NCBI GenBank assembly: GCA_902533755.1
Contig: CACANC010000006.1
Span: 1 to 50,654 of the forward strand
Length of the DNA stretch: 50,654 bases
DNA from: an uncultured PS1 clade bacterium
GTDB lineage: Bacteria; Pseudomonadota; Alphaproteobacteria; MED-G09
Direction of reading: 5' to 3'
The notes beneath the pieces are model-generated. The model was not told the DNA's origin. It searched no databases and saw nothing but the letters and a program-made list of their open reading frames with translations. The stretch's first letter is position 1. Every line of letters begins with the position of its first letter. Position numbers and translations under genes: made by a program. This document shows positions 1 through 12,519 of the stretch, piece after piece.

Positions 1-99
1 AAGAATATCTCTAGCAACATCTAAAGAGCAATTATCAGATAAAAACTTAGAAACCTGTTCTTTAAGCATTTTCTGATCTTCTGAAAAATCGAAATTCAT
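1..99 (-). CDS. Acyl-CoA dehydrogenase family protein, N-terminal part (runs off window)
   Basis: Hand translation from ATG at 99: MNFDFSEDQKMLKEQVSKFLSDNCSLDVARDIL, typical ACAD N-terminus; AAGGA RBS upstream. Confidence 0.75.
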   Translation of the reverse strand, partial: MNFDFSEDQKMLKEQVSKFLSDNCSLDVARDIL

Positions 100-155
100 A
101 ATTTTTTTCCTTAAAAAAATAACAATCTAAACAAAAATAATGAAAATAGCAAAAC

Positions 156-1508
156 TTAGAAACGACAATTCTCATATATTTTTGAAGTATCCTCATTCCA
201 GTTATTTTTGAATTTTTCGATAAGGTTATCAGCAGGGTTTTTCTTAGCGCTAATAATATCTTCTAAATATTTTAGATAATAACTTTCATCTAAATTATTT
301 TTATCTAAATTATTTCTTCTTTTAAGGCCATCTTTTGATATCGATATAACCTCAGATGCCAATTGATAAAGATCTAGTTTATCTAATTTAGAATTTAATC
401 CTTTACTGGGAACTATATTCCTTAATTCTACTAATTCTTGAGGAGATATATTTTTTGTTAATTCTATAGCTGCATCTAGAGAATGATTATCATACATTAA
501 TCCTACCCAAAAAGCCGATAATGCGCATACATGATTTATATTACCTGCATCTGCGCCTCTCATTTCAATAAACTTTTTTAGCCTGGCCTCAGGAAAAATT
601 GTTGTCAGATGAAGCTCCCAATCATCTATAGTTGGATAAAAATCTTTTACTACCTCAATTCTTCTATTAATAAAGTCATCAAAAGTATAGCCAGTTAAAT
701 TAATATACTCTCCATTCCTATTAATAAAATACATAGGAACTTCCATAGCATAATTTACATATCGCTCATAACTCATATCATCATCAAAAATAAAAGTTAA
801 AATGCCTGTTCTATCTGGATCAGTATCCCTCCAAACTTCACTTCTATATGATCTAAAGCCATTAAGAGAGTTTTCACTAAATGGTGAATTAGAAAATAAA
901 GCTGTTGCAACAGGTTGAAGAAGAAATGAAAGCCTTAACTTCTTAACCATGTCCATTTCAGACGAATAATCTAAATTAACCTGAGAAGTGCATGATCTTA
1001 GCATCATATCAAGTCCATGATTACCTTTAGTGGGCATATAACTTCTCATAATATCATATCGTTTTTTAGGCATTATTGGCATTTCATCTCTAGACCAGTC
1101 AGGAGTAAACCCGATAGCTAAAAAATCTAATTCCATTTTTTCTCCAATATTTGATAATTGCTTTTTATGCTCAACTAACTCAAAGAAAGTCTCATGAACA
1201 GTATCTAACATAGCTCCAGAGAGCTCAAACTGACCTGCTGGTTCAAGAGTTATTGAACCTCCGCCTAATTTATTATCCCGAGTGAGAGCAATGACATTTC
1301 CATTTTCATAAACTTGTTTCCACCCATATTCTTCGAAATTCTCAAGAAGCTCTCGAATACCATTCTTGGCGTCATATGAAATTGGTTTGTTTTTATTAAT
1401 ATTGAATGGGAATTTCTCATGCTCTGTTCCAATCTTAAAATCTGATGGGTCTTTTTCTCCATCAGCTATATAACTAATTAATTGATCTTTTGATTCGATT
1501 CTTTCCAT
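156..1508 (-). CDS. gshA: Glutamate--cysteine ligase (alphaproteobacterial/plant type)
   Basis: IGTEHEKF, ITLEPAGQFELSGA, QVNLD, FIEMRGADAG motifs; adjacent to rsmE. Confidence 0.95.
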   Translation of the reverse strand: MERIESKDQLISYIADGEKDPSDFKIGTEHEKFPFNINKNKPISYDAKNGIRELLENFEEYGWKQVYENGNVIALTRDNKLGGGSITLEPAGQFELSGAMLDTVHETFFELVEHKKQLSNIGEKMELDFLAIGFTPDWSRDEMPIMPKKRYDIMRSYMPTKGNHGLDMMLRSCTSQVNLDYSSEMDMVKKLRLSFLLQPVATALFSNSPFSENSLNGFRSYRSEVWRDTDPDRTGILTFIFDDDMSYERYVNYAMEVPMYFINRNGEYINLTGYTFDDFINRRIEVVKDFYPTIDDWELHLTTIFPEARLKKFIEMRGADAGNINHVCALSAFWVGLMYDNHSLDAAIELTKNISPQELVELRNIVPSKGLNSKLDKLDLYQLASEVISISKDGLKRRNNLDKNNLDESYYLKYLEDIISAKKNPADNLIEKFKNNWNEDTSKIYENCRF

Positions 1509-1539
1509 TCTATTTTTTAGTTAATTTTCGCTTAGAAAG

Positions 1540-2280
1540 CTATACCCAATCACCTATAGTTGAATGAAAAAGTGATAAAGAACTAACTATTGCAGTATCA
1601 GATCTTAAAATTCTTGGTCCCAGTGAAATAATACATAAATTTTTAATACTATTAATCTTTTCTCTTTCTTTATCGCTAAAACCACCCTCTGGACCAATAA
1701 GAATAGCCCATTTATTTGATTTGTTTATCTTTTTAATGGATTCAAGTTGTTTTTTTGGATTATTTTCACATTTTTCATCACAAAATATTAAAGTTCGCTC
1801 AGAATCAAAATGATCCCAATTATCAAGTATGTATTCGAGATTTTTTATCTTATTAACCTTTGGAATAAATGTTAAACCGCATTGTTCGGCAGCCTCAATT
1901 GCATTAGATAAGATTTTAGATTCCTTAATAGATTTGTATTGAGTTCTTTCTGTAATAACTGGCCAAATGACTCTAGCGCCTAATTCAGTAATTTTTTGAG
2001 CAATAAAGTCGACTCTTAATTTTTTAACTGGTGCGAAAAGGATCCAAATATCACTAGGCTTATCCTTAAAACCAATTTCTTTTAATGTCTTAACTTTTGA
2101 TATTTTCTTATTTAATTCAAGAAGCTCAACAATCCACTCGCCATCATTTTCATTAAAAATATTAAAATTATCTCCAATATTTAATCGCATAACATTTTTA
2201 ACATAGTGAGTTTGAGATTGATCTAACTCTATAAACCCATTTGTTATTTTTTTATTTATATAAACTCGTATAATTTTCAT
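1540..2280 (-). CDS. rsmE: 16S rRNA m3U1498 methyltransferase
   Basis: QKITELG, EAAEQC, IGPEGGFS, LGPRILRSDTA SPOUT motifs. Confidence 0.95.
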   Translation of the reverse strand: MKIIRVYINKKITNGFIELDQSQTHYVKNVMRLNIGDNFNIFNENDGEWIVELLELNKKISKVKTLKEIGFKDKPSDIWILFAPVKKLRVDFIAQKITELGARVIWPVITERTQYKSIKESKILSNAIEAAEQCGLTFIPKVNKIKNLEYILDNWDHFDSERTLIFCDEKCENNPKKQLESIKKINKSNKWAILIGPEGGFSDKEREKINSIKNLCIISLGPRILRSDTAIVSSLSLFHSTIGDWV

Positions 2281-2343
2281 ATTTCAATATTATAAAGTAA
2301 AAGATAAATGTTAGGTAACTCTAAGAAAATTAAATGACAAATT

Positions 2344-4357
<2,014 letters not shown>

Positions 4358-4398
4358 TTATATTTGGTCAACAAAATATATTCAAAGAATTATTATTT

Positions 4399-4443
4399 GA
4401 TTCAATTATCTATATGTTGAGTCATTAGTCAGCTGAAGGACTC
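4399..4443. promoter_or_regulatory. Three GANTC (CcrM target) sites upstream of ccrM
   Basis: GATTC 4399-4403, GAGTC 4419-4423, GACTC 4439-4443 (the last inside the rnhB 3' end). Confidence 0.55.
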
Positions 4444-5039
4444 AATATCTTGCGAATGGGAGAAAATGATTTTCTGTGATGTTTTGTTACACCATAAGCA
4501 TTTAATGCATTTTGGTGATCTTTTGTTCCATATCCTTTATTTTTTTTCCATTTATATTCTGGGTGTTCGTTATCGATATTTAACATAAATTTGTCTCTCT
4601 CAACTTTAGCAATTATTGATGCTGCAGCAATTGACATTGAGATGCTATCACCTTTTATTATACTTTCATGAGGAATATTAAAATTTGGACTTAAATTCCC
4701 ATCTACAAGTATATAATCAGGTTTTATAATTAAATTTTCTAATGCTCTTCTCATAGAAAGAAATGTAGCCTCAAGAATATTTAATTGATCTATTTCATCT
4801 GGTGAAGCGCAACCTATGCCATATTTATGATTTATAAGAATTTCTTCATATAGCTCTATACGTTTTTTTTCCGAAATTTTTTTAGAGTCATTTATACCTT
4901 CAGGTATATAGTTCCTATTTAAAATAACGATTGCTGAATAAACTGGTCCAGCCCAAGGACCTCTTCCCGCCTCATCTACACCAGCAATATTATTAAAATC
5001 TAATTGTCTTTTTTTATCCTCAACAGAAAAATCGGGCAC
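4425..5039 (-). CDS. rnhB: Ribonuclease HII
   Basis: AGVDEAGRGPWAGPV, DSKK, KGD..S.SIAAASIIAKVERD, NKGYGT; GTG start. Confidence 0.96.
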   Translation of the reverse strand: MPDFSVEDKKRQLDFNNIAGVDEAGRGPWAGPVYSAIVILNRNYIPEGINDSKKISEKKRIELYEEILINHKYGIGCASPDEIDQLNILEATFLSMRRALENLIIKPDYILVDGNLSPNFNIPHESIIKGDSISMSIAAASIIAKVERDKFMLNIDNEHPEYKWKKNKGYGTKDHQNALNAYGVTKHHRKSFSPIRKILSPSAD

Positions 5040-6538
5040 TACTCTGCTGCAATTACATCATTCTTTTGCCATCTTAAAACTGGGTTTCTTGCGGCTTTCG
5101 TTTCATCCAATCTTCTAATGGGAGTATAAATTGGAGCCTTCTTAAAGAAATCTTCTCCATCTTGAGTTTTTGAGGCTAATTCCCTAATGGTTTCAATAAA
5201 TTGATCAATAGAATTCTTTGACTCAGTTTCAGTTGGCTCAACAAGTAATGCTCCATGAACAACAAGAGGGAAATATATTGTCATTGGATGGTAACCTTTA
5301 TCTATTAAAGCCTTTGCAAAATCAATTGTCTCAACACCTGTTCCACTTAAGAAATCATCATTGAATAAAACTTCATGCATACAATATCCTTCATAAGCAG
5401 GTGTCAAAATATCCTCTAATGAAGATTTAATATAATTTGCATTCAGAACTGCGTCTTCTGAAACTTGCCTTAAACCGTCAGAACCATGACTCATCATGTA
5501 AGATAAGGCTCTAACAAACATTCCCATTTGGCCATGAAAAACACAAAGCCGACCAAAAGATTTATCAATATCTTTGTCATTATGATTTTCCACTAAATAA
5601 TAATTTTCTTCATCTTTTTTTAAAAGTGGGGCTGGACAGAAATCCTTTAAAATATTAGAGAAAACTACCGGACCAGACCCTGGTCCACCTCCACCATGGG
5701 GTGTAGAAAATGTTTTATGTAAATTGATATGCATAGCATCAATGCCTAAGTCACCAGGCCTCACTTTGCCAACTAAGGCATTAAAGTTAGCTCCGTCACA
5801 ATACAAATAACCACCTGCATCATGAATATAATTTGCTATTTCAATAATATCATCCTCAAAAAGACCACATGTATTTGGATTTGTAATCATTGCTGCAGCA
5901 AAGTCTTTATCTACATTTTCTTTAAAATCATCAAAATTCAATCTACCATTTTTATCAGATTTTATTGTTACAACATCAAAACCTAAAAAAGCAGCAGTTG
6001 CAGGATTAGTACCATGAGCGGAATCAGGGACTAGAACCTTAGTTCGATTACACTCATTTCTTGCTTCTATCGCTTTTTTAATTGCAAGCATTCCACAAAG
6101 TTCACCTTGAGCGCCAGCTTTTGGAGTCATAGTAACAGCTTTCATTCCTGTTAATTCTTTTAACCAAATAGAAATCTCATCTATAAGTTCAAGAGCACCC
6201 TGGCATGTTGATAAAGGTTGAAGTGGATGAACTTCAGAAAATCCTTTTAATCTTGCTAATTTCTCATTTAGTCTTGGATTATGCTTCATTGTACACGAAC
6301 CCAAAGGGTAAAGACCTGCATCAATAGAGTAGTTCTTTCTTGATAATCTAACATAATGTCTAATTGACTCAGGCTCACTTAATCCAGGTAAACCAATTTC
6401 TCGATCCTCAAAACATTCACCAATAAAATTTTCTTTAAATGTTGGTTCATTAAGATCAACTCCAGATTTATCCATACCACCAATCTCAAACAATATTGGC
6501 TCATCGTGATTTAGACCTTTATTCGAATTTTTCATCAT
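5039..6538 (-). CDS. gcvPB: Glycine dehydrogenase (decarboxylating) subunit 2
   Basis: YPLGSCTMKHNP, SAHGTNPATA, NLHKTFSTPHGGGGPG PLP-lysine motif. Confidence 0.96.
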   Translation of the reverse strand: MMKNSNKGLNHDEPILFEIGGMDKSGVDLNEPTFKENFIGECFEDREIGLPGLSEPESIRHYVRLSRKNYSIDAGLYPLGSCTMKHNPRLNEKLARLKGFSEVHPLQPLSTCQGALELIDEISIWLKELTGMKAVTMTPKAGAQGELCGMLAIKKAIEARNECNRTKVLVPDSAHGTNPATAAFLGFDVVTIKSDKNGRLNFDDFKENVDKDFAAAMITNPNTCGLFEDDIIEIANYIHDAGGYLYCDGANFNALVGKVRPGDLGIDAMHINLHKTFSTPHGGGGPGSGPVVFSNILKDFCPAPLLKKDEENYYLVENHNDKDIDKSFGRLCVFHGQMGMFVRALSYMMSHGSDGLRQVSEDAVLNANYIKSSLEDILTPAYEGYCMHEVLFNDDFLSGTGVETIDFAKALIDKGYHPMTIYFPLVVHGALLVEPTETESKNSIDQFIETIRELASKTQDGEDFFKKAPIYTPIRRLDETKAARNPVLRWQKNDVIAAE

Positions 6539-7878
6539 AAAACCTCATTTGCTGCTTCAATATATGAATTCATATCATCTTCTGTATTAGTTTCCGTACT
6601 AGCAACCACGACAAAATTATCTAATTCCTTATTATTATTAATCAATCTTGATACAGGTATGCCTGCTAGAACACCTTTTTCTGCCATTCTATCAACAAAT
6701 ACTTCGCCCTTAATTGGTAATTCGATAGTAAATTCATTGAAAAAACTTTTGTTTAACAATTTAACTTCTGGGATTTTTAATATTTTTTCTTTCAAATTTA
6801 ATGCTGACTCATGATTAAGTCTTGAAAGGCTCTTAAAACCTTTCTCACCAAGAAGTGTTAAGTGAATTGTAAATGCCAGGCTGCATAGTCCTGAATTTGT
6901 ACATATATTTGATGTAGCTTTTTCTCTTCTAATATGTTGCTCTCTTGCTGATAATGTTAGTACAAAACCTTTTTTTCCATCAACATCTTCAGACTCTCCA
7001 ACAATCCTTCCAGGAATTTGTCTTAAATATTTATTCTTTGTTGATAATAGACCTACATATGGTCCTCCAAAATTCATAGGATTGCCTAGGGACTGACCTT
7101 CGCATGCCACAATATCAGCACCCATTGCGCCTGGGGATTTCATCATTCCTAATGATAAAACTTCAGTTACAACAACAATAAGCAATGCTCCCTTACTTTG
7201 AACAAATTCTGCTAAAGATGATAAATCATAACAAGAGCCAAAAAAGTCTGGATTTTGTACGACTACACAAGCAGTATTTTCATCAACTTCATTAAATAAA
7301 TAATCAATATCAATAGAAAAATTTCTATTATAAAAAAACTCGCTATCTTTAATCCCTGATACAGTTTTGATAACATCTGCATAATGAGGGTGGATTGTAT
7401 TTGATAAAATAACTTCATTTCTTTTAGTTATTCTTTTCGCCATTGATACTGCTTCAGCAGCAGCTGTTGACCCGTCATACATAGATGCATTAGAAATATC
7501 CATGCCAGTTAAGAGAGATACCTGAGTTTGGAATTCATATAGATATTGCAATGTTCCCTGTGATATTTCTGGTTGATACGGGGTATATGAAGTCAAAAAT
7601 TCTGATCTTTGAATAATATGATCCACACTTGCAGGAATATGATGTTTATATGATCCACCACCAATGAAAAAATTGCTATTATCTGCATGGAGATTTTTAT
7701 CAGACAAAAGGGATAAATGTTTTTCTACTTCCATTTCAGTTTTATGATTAGGTAAATCAAATTTTGGATTAATACTTACTTTCTCAGCAATATTAGAAAA
7801 AAGTTCATCAATATTATTCACTCCAATAGTGTTTAACATTTCTTCTCTATCATTTTTAGTTAATGGTAAATATCTCAT
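6535..7878 (-). CDS. gcvPA: Glycine dehydrogenase (decarboxylating) subunit 1
   Basis: YTPYQPEISQGTLQ, NASMYDG, REQHIRREKATSNICTN. Confidence 0.96.
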   Translation of the reverse strand: MRYLPLTKNDREEMLNTIGVNNIDELFSNIAEKVSINPKFDLPNHKTEMEVEKHLSLLSDKNLHADNSNFFIGGGSYKHHIPASVDHIIQRSEFLTSYTPYQPEISQGTLQYLYEFQTQVSLLTGMDISNASMYDGSTAAAEAVSMAKRITKRNEVILSNTIHPHYADVIKTVSGIKDSEFFYNRNFSIDIDYLFNEVDENTACVVVQNPDFFGSCYDLSSLAEFVQSKGALLIVVVTEVLSLGMMKSPGAMGADIVACEGQSLGNPMNFGGPYVGLLSTKNKYLRQIPGRIVGESEDVDGKKGFVLTLSAREQHIRREKATSNICTNSGLCSLAFTIHLTLLGEKGFKSLSRLNHESALNLKEKILKIPEVKLLNKSFFNEFTIELPIKGEVFVDRMAEKGVLAGIPVSRLINNNKELDNFVVVASTETNTEDDMNSYIEAANEVL

Positions 7879-8250
7879 TTAATCACCTATATGTTTCTGA
7901 TATTCTTCTTCAGACATAAGCCCTGAAAGCTCGTCATTATTAGAAATTTCAATTTCGTAAAACCAACCCTTACCAACAGGATCTTCGTTTACTATTTCTG
8001 GGGTTGAATTTAGATCTTCATTGGATTTTATTATTGTACCAGAAACTGGAGAATACACTTCACTTGCTGCCTTTACAGATTCAACAACAGCAATATCTTT
8101 TCCAATTTCTGCAGTTATACCTTCCTCTGGTAGTTCAACAAAAACAATATCTCCCAGTTGCTCACTTGCATATGCAGTGATGCCTACAACACCAATATTG
8201 TCTTCTACTTTTATCCATTCATGATCCTTAGTAAAATAAATTTCAGCCAT
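7879..8250 (-). CDS. gcvH: Glycine cleavage system H protein
   Basis: HEWI, LGDIVFVELP, VESVKAASE lipoyl-Lys; start moved to ATG at 8250, just after the gcvT stop. Confidence 0.95.
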   Translation of the reverse strand: MAEIYFTKDHEWIKVEDNIGVVGITAYASEQLGDIVFVELPEEGITAEIGKDIAVVESVKAASEVYSPVSGTIIKSNEDLNSTPEIVNEDPVGKGWFYEIEISNNDELSGLMSEEEYQKHIGD

Positions 8251-8251
8251 T

Positions 8252-9388
8252 TTATTTGTTACCCCTAAAATATTTATGCTCAACAAAAGGAAGTGAAGTT
8301 ATTTCTGCTGGTATTAAATTACCTCTGACATTTAACAACACTTCACATTCACTTTTTAGGATATCTGAATTAATGTATCCCATAGCAATTGGTGTTTGGA
8401 GTGAAGGTGAATACCCTCCACTAGTGATTTCGCCTATTGTTTTTTCATTTTTATCAAAAATTTGTGTTCCTTCTCTGGCCGGAAGTTTACCTAAAGGCTT
8501 AATACCAACTAATTTTCTTTCAACCCCATTTTCTAAATCCTTTTTGATGTGTTCATGGCCAATAAAACCGCCATTTTCGATTCTTTCTTTTGGAATAGAC
8601 CATATTAAACCAGCTTCGATTGGTGATATAGAAGAAGAAATGTCATTTCCATACAAACAAAGTCCTGCTTCCATTCTTAAAGAATTTCTAGCACCCAAAC
8701 CAGCAAGTCTAACACCTTCGCATTGTAAAAGTTCGTTTATAAATTTTTCTGCATATCTATCTTTTATTGATATTTCAAAACCATCTTCACCAGTATATCC
8801 ACATCTAGAAACAAAAAATTTTTCGTTATCATAATTAAACCAATCAGCTGTCATGAAAGGCATATCATCAATTTCCTGAAAAAAAGTCTTCAAAATATTT
8901 GATGAGTTTGGCCCTTGTAATGCTATTAGAGCTCTATCTTCAATCAATTCAATTTTATAGGCTTTATTTAAGTTGCTATATAAATGATCAAGGTCTTTAG
9001 AGGTACAATCTGCATTAACAACAAGCCAGACATGATCTTCCTCAAAAGATCTATAGATCATTAGATCATCAATAATCTTACCTTCGTTATTAAGAAATTG
9101 TGTATATTTAATTTGACCAGGCGCTATCTTAGAAAAAGAAATAGGAAGTATCTTTTCCATTGCATCATAAACCATTGGTCCTGATATTTTAATCTGCCCC
9201 ATATGTGAAACATCAAAAATACTTACAGAATTTCTTGTATGATTATGTTCAGCAATAATACCGTTTTCATATTGAATAGGTAAATAATATCCAGCAAAAT
9301 TTACTAATTTCGCGCTATTCTCGTTGTGAATTTTGTATAAAGGGGTAGTTTTAAGATTTTGTTCTAAACCCCAATAAGCCTCAGACAT
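8252..9388 (-). CDS. gcvT: Glycine cleavage system aminomethyltransferase T
   Basis: FDVSHMGQ, SRCGYTGEDGFEI, GLGARNSLRMEAG; start moved to ATG 9388 (GGAG RBS) because the longer ORF overlaps the riboswitch. Confidence 0.95.
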   Translation of the reverse strand: MSEAYWGLEQNLKTTPLYKIHNENSAKLVNFAGYYLPIQYENGIIAEHNHTRNSVSIFDVSHMGQIKISGPMVYDAMEKILPISFSKIAPGQIKYTQFLNNEGKIIDDLMIYRSFEEDHVWLVVNADCTSKDLDHLYSNLNKAYKIELIEDRALIALQGPNSSNILKTFFQEIDDMPFMTADWFNYDNEKFFVSRCGYTGEDGFEISIKDRYAEKFINELLQCEGVRLAGLGARNSLRMEAGLCLYGNDISSSISPIEAGLIWSIPKERIENGGFIGHEHIKKDLENGVERKLVGIKPLGKLPAREGTQIFDKNEKTIGEITSGGYSPSLQTPIAMGYINSDILKSECEVLLNVRGNLIPAEITSLPFVEHKYFRGNK

Positions 9389-9423
9389 ATAATCTCCATG
9401 ACAGAATAGTTGTTTCCAACTGC

Positions 9424-9592
9424 CCTCCTCTGTCATTGGACCCTGAGAGATTTGACAACCTTAGTTGCTTACCCCGTCGGAGAAGTATTAAACTTACTTT
9501 CCAGAGTTTTATGATATTTGCGGTCCTTTTGCCTGAGAGTTTCCGAGGGCGGTTGCTCCTTCGGCGCTATAAAAGTCTCTCCCGCAAATATC
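9424..9592 (-). ncRNA. Tandem glycine riboswitch (two aptamers)
   Basis: Minus strand: GCGGGAGAGA..CGCCGAAGGAGCAA..AAACTCTCAGGCAAAAGGACCGC with a 10-bp P1 (9583-9592/9513-9522); second aptamer CTCTGGAAAG..CCGACGGGGTAA..AATCTCTCAGG..GACAGAG; directly upstream of gcvT. Confidence 0.95.
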
Positions 9593-9649
9593 TAGAATCA
9601 ATTGATTCTTTTAATATAATTAAACATATATAAAATTTTGTCAATTTGG

Positions 9650-10102
9650 TTATTCAAGCCCAATAAGAACTTTATATGATGAACCTGTTCTGCCCTCTTC
9701 AATTTTTGATCTGAGTCCCTCTATAGGAACTGAAAAGGAACTTATTTTTTGATTCTTAAGTTTTACAGAAACAATTTTTGACCACTTATCTATAACTGTA
9801 TCATCTGGTCCAACAAATGCTATAAAAAGGTTAATCCTTAAATTTTCTAGTGTCACAGTATCGCTATTAATGACATCACCAAAAATACCAACATCAAAAT
9901 TAATATTCTTCCTTCTTAGGTTATATTCACAAATCATTATTGTTCTATTTAGTTCAATAACTAGATCAGATCTGTCTATCTCTTTTGTCTCACTTCCTTT
10001 TAATATAGCAGCTCTTGGGCATGGACCAGGATCAAAATAAGCAGAATCTGAACAACTAACCAAAAAAACTAAAAAATAGATAATAAAAAAATATTTGAAC
10101 AT
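9650..10102 (-). CDS. Hypothetical lipoprotein
   Basis: Signal peptide plus lipobox FLVSC from ATG 10102; PCPRAAIL motif; divergent from ispH. Confidence 0.7.
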   Translation of the reverse strand: MFKYFFIIYFLVFLVSCSDSAYFDPGPCPRAAILKGSETKEIDRSDLVIELNRTIMICEYNLRRKNINFDVGIFGDVINSDTVTLENLRINLFIAFVGPDDTVIDKWSKIVSVKLKNQKISSFSVPIEGLRSKIEEGRTGSSYKVLIGLE

Positions 10103-10180
10103 TTTGTTTTCCAAAAATATAACTCTTAAATTGAAAATAAAATTGTATAATAAGTATATATTAGTTAAATCAGACATAAA

Positions 10181-11128
10181 ATGAACTTAAAATTAAAAAA
10201 AATGTTATTTTTACCAAATCCAAGAGGGTTTTGTGCTGGAGTAGATAGAGCAATAAATATTGTTGAGTTGTCTTTAAAGAAATATGGACCACCAATTTTT
10301 GTGCGTCACGAAATTGTACACAATCCATGGGTAATAAAAGACTTAGAATCTAAAGGTGTTATATTTATTGAGAATCTTGAAGACGCTCCTGAAGGATCTA
10401 GAGTAATATTCTCTGCTCATGGCATTCCAATAAGTGTTTTGAAAGATGCTGAGAATAGAGAAATGCCATTTATTGATGCAACATGTCCGTTAGTTATAAA
10501 AGTTCATAATGAAGCTAAAAGGCTATTTAAAGATGGGGCGCACATTTTTCTTATAGGTCATGAAGGCCATCCTGAAGTAATAGGAACAATGGGACAAATC
10601 CCTATTGATTCAATTACTTTAATTCAAGAAAAAGAGGATGTTAAAAAAATAAAACCGTCTGATTTTAAAAAAGTAGCATTAATAACTCAAACAACTTTAT
10701 CAGTAGATGATACTAAAGAAATTATCAAAGAATTAAAGAATATCTTTCCAGATATAATACAGCCGCCAAAAGAAGATATTTGTTACGCAACTACAAATAG
10801 ACAGTTAGCTATAAAATCAATAGCAGATAAATGTGATCTGATATATGTAATTGGTGCCAATAATTCTTCAAACTCCCTTAGGTTGGTCGAAGTTGGTAAA
10901 AAATCAGGATGCAGTGATACTCATTTAATTTCGAACATATCTGAAGTTAATTGGTTTGAAATTGAAAAACATAAAAATATAGGTTTAACTGCAGGTGCTA
11001 GTGCTCCTGATATACTAATTCAAGAGTTTATCGGAAAGATGCATGAACTATATAATGTCGAAATAAAAAATATCTCAGTTGCTAATGAAAATATAACTTT
11101 TAAAATACCCAAAGAACTTAATGAGTAA
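10181..11128 (+). CDS. ispH: 4-hydroxy-3-methylbut-2-enyl diphosphate reductase
   Basis: PRGFCAGVDRA, DATCPLV, DICYATTNRQ, NSSNS, TAGASAP. Confidence 0.97.
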   Translation: MNLKLKKMLFLPNPRGFCAGVDRAINIVELSLKKYGPPIFVRHEIVHNPWVIKDLESKGVIFIENLEDAPEGSRVIFSAHGIPISVLKDAENREMPFIDATCPLVIKVHNEAKRLFKDGAHIFLIGHEGHPEVIGTMGQIPIDSITLIQEKEDVKKIKPSDFKKVALITQTTLSVDDTKEIIKELKNIFPDIIQPPKEDICYATTNRQLAIKSIADKCDLIYVIGANNSSNSLRLVEVGKKSGCSDTHLISNISEVNWFEIEKHKNIGLTAGASAPDILIQEFIGKMHELYNVEIKNISVANENITFKIPKELNE

Positions 11129-11131
11129 TAA

Positions 11132-12085
11132 ATGGCAGTTTATACGCATGTATCTTCAGAAGACTTAAGCCTTTTCCTTAAAGATTATGAAATAGGTGAA
11201 TTAAAAGAATTTGAAGGGATATCAGAAGGTGTTGAAAACACTAATTACAAATTAAAAACAGAAAAAAATTCTTTTATTCTAACAATTTACGAAGATAGGG
11301 TAGAAAAAAAAGACATTCCGTTTTTTCTGGAATATATGTTTTATTTATCTTCAAATGGTATTAAATGCCCTCTTCCATTAAGGAATAATAATAACCTTTT
11401 TGCAGAAATCTTGGGTAAGCCAGCATCAGTATTAACTTTTTTAGATGGAAAATCTACTCTCTCTGTTACTGAAGAACAAGCTTATCAACTTGGTTTAATT
11501 TTAGGTAAGATACACAATATTAGCATCAACTTAGAAATTAAAAGAGAAAATCCATTGGGCCTAGATAGCTTTCCGAATCTAATCAAAAATTCAAAATCTA
11601 CTGCGGAAACTTTTTCAAAAGATCTTAGTATAAATATGCTTGAAGAATACAATAGAATAAAATCAAATTGGCCAGAGGGTCTGCCAAAGGGAATTATTCA
11701 CGCAGATCTTTTTCCTGACAATATCCTTTTTCATGAGGGTCAAATTTCAGGTGTTATCGATTTTAGCTTTTCATGTAATGATTTTTTATCTTATGACTTA
11801 AGTATATGCATTAATGCTTGGTGTTTTAAAGATGGTGAGTTTGATCTTTCATTATCTCGAAACCTTTTAAAGGGTTATCAAAAAGAGAGAAAATTAAGTA
11901 ATGCGGAGATCGAAAAATTACCCATATTATGTTCGGGTTCTGCTTTGAGATTTCTATTAACTCGACTTGTTGATTGGGGAGTTAACGATGAAAATGCAAT
12001 GGTAACTCCTAAAAATCCAAATGAATTTATTAAAATTCTTGATTTTCATAAAGATATAAATAATCCTGAAGAATATGGTATTTAA
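11132..12085 (+). CDS. thrB: Homoserine kinase type II
   Basis: [21 protein letters not shown]; conserved ispH-thrB-rnhA order. Confidence 0.93.
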   Translation: MAVYTHVSSEDLSLFLKDYEIGELKEFEGISEGVENTNYKLKTEKNSFILTIYEDRVEKKDIPFFLEYMFYLSSNGIKCPLPLRNNNNLFAEILGKPASVLTFLDGKSTLSVTEEQAYQLGLILGKIHNISINLEIKRENPLGLDSFPNLIKNSKSTAETFSKDLSINMLEEYNRIKSNWPEGLPKGIIHADLFPDNILFHEGQISGVIDFSFSCNDFLSYDLSICINAWCFKDGEFDLSLSRNLLKGYQKERKLSNAEIEKLPILCSGSALRFLLTRLVDWGVNDENAMVTPKNPNEFIKILDFHKDINNPEEYGI

Positions 12086-12519
12086 TGAATAAAAAAGTTG
12101 ATATATATACTGACGGCGCATGTTCAGGAAACCCTGGTCCTGGTGGCTGGGGTGTTCTTATCGAAATAGATAATGAAAATATAGAGCTATCAGGTGGAGA
12201 TAGAGAAACTACAAATAATCGTATGGAACTTATGGCTGCAATTAAGGCACTAGAAGAAATAGATAAAGATTATGAAATCACCTTATATACGGACTCCAAT
12301 TATGTAAAAGATGGAATAACAAGTTGGATATCGAATTGGAAAAAAAATAACTGGAAAACAGCCAGTAAAAAAGATGTAAAAAATAAGGAATTATGGATAC
12401 GTCTTGATGAAGCTATAAAAGATAAAAATATATCTTGGGTTTGGGTTAAAGGTCACGCTGGTAATGCAGGAAACGAGCAAGCAGATTATCTTGCTCGTTC
12501 AGCATTAGAAAAATTATAA
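12085..12519 (+). CDS. rnhA: Ribonuclease HI
   Basis: [31 protein letters not shown]. Confidence 0.97.
   Translation: MNKKVDIYTDGACSGNPGPGGWGVLIEIDNENIELSGGDRETTNNRMELMAAIKALEEIDKDYEITLYTDSNYVKDGITSWISNWKKNNWKTASKKDVKNKELWIRLDEAIKDKNISWVWVKGHAGNAGNEQADYLARSALEKL

Noticed and set aside
8256-8834. 192-aa plus-strand ORF
   Set aside because: Antisense shadow of gcvT/gcvH; Ser/Pro/Phe-rich with no motif
9389-9436. N-terminal extension of GcvT in the ORF track
   Set aside because: Overlaps the riboswitch 3' end; the RBS supports ATG 9388
9436-9633. 65-aa plus-strand ORF
   Set aside because: Antisense to the glycine riboswitch; open because of locally higher GC
4425-12519. RNase HI and RNase HII within 8 kb
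   Set aside because: Each sits in its usual conserved neighbourhood; no evidence of a joint system
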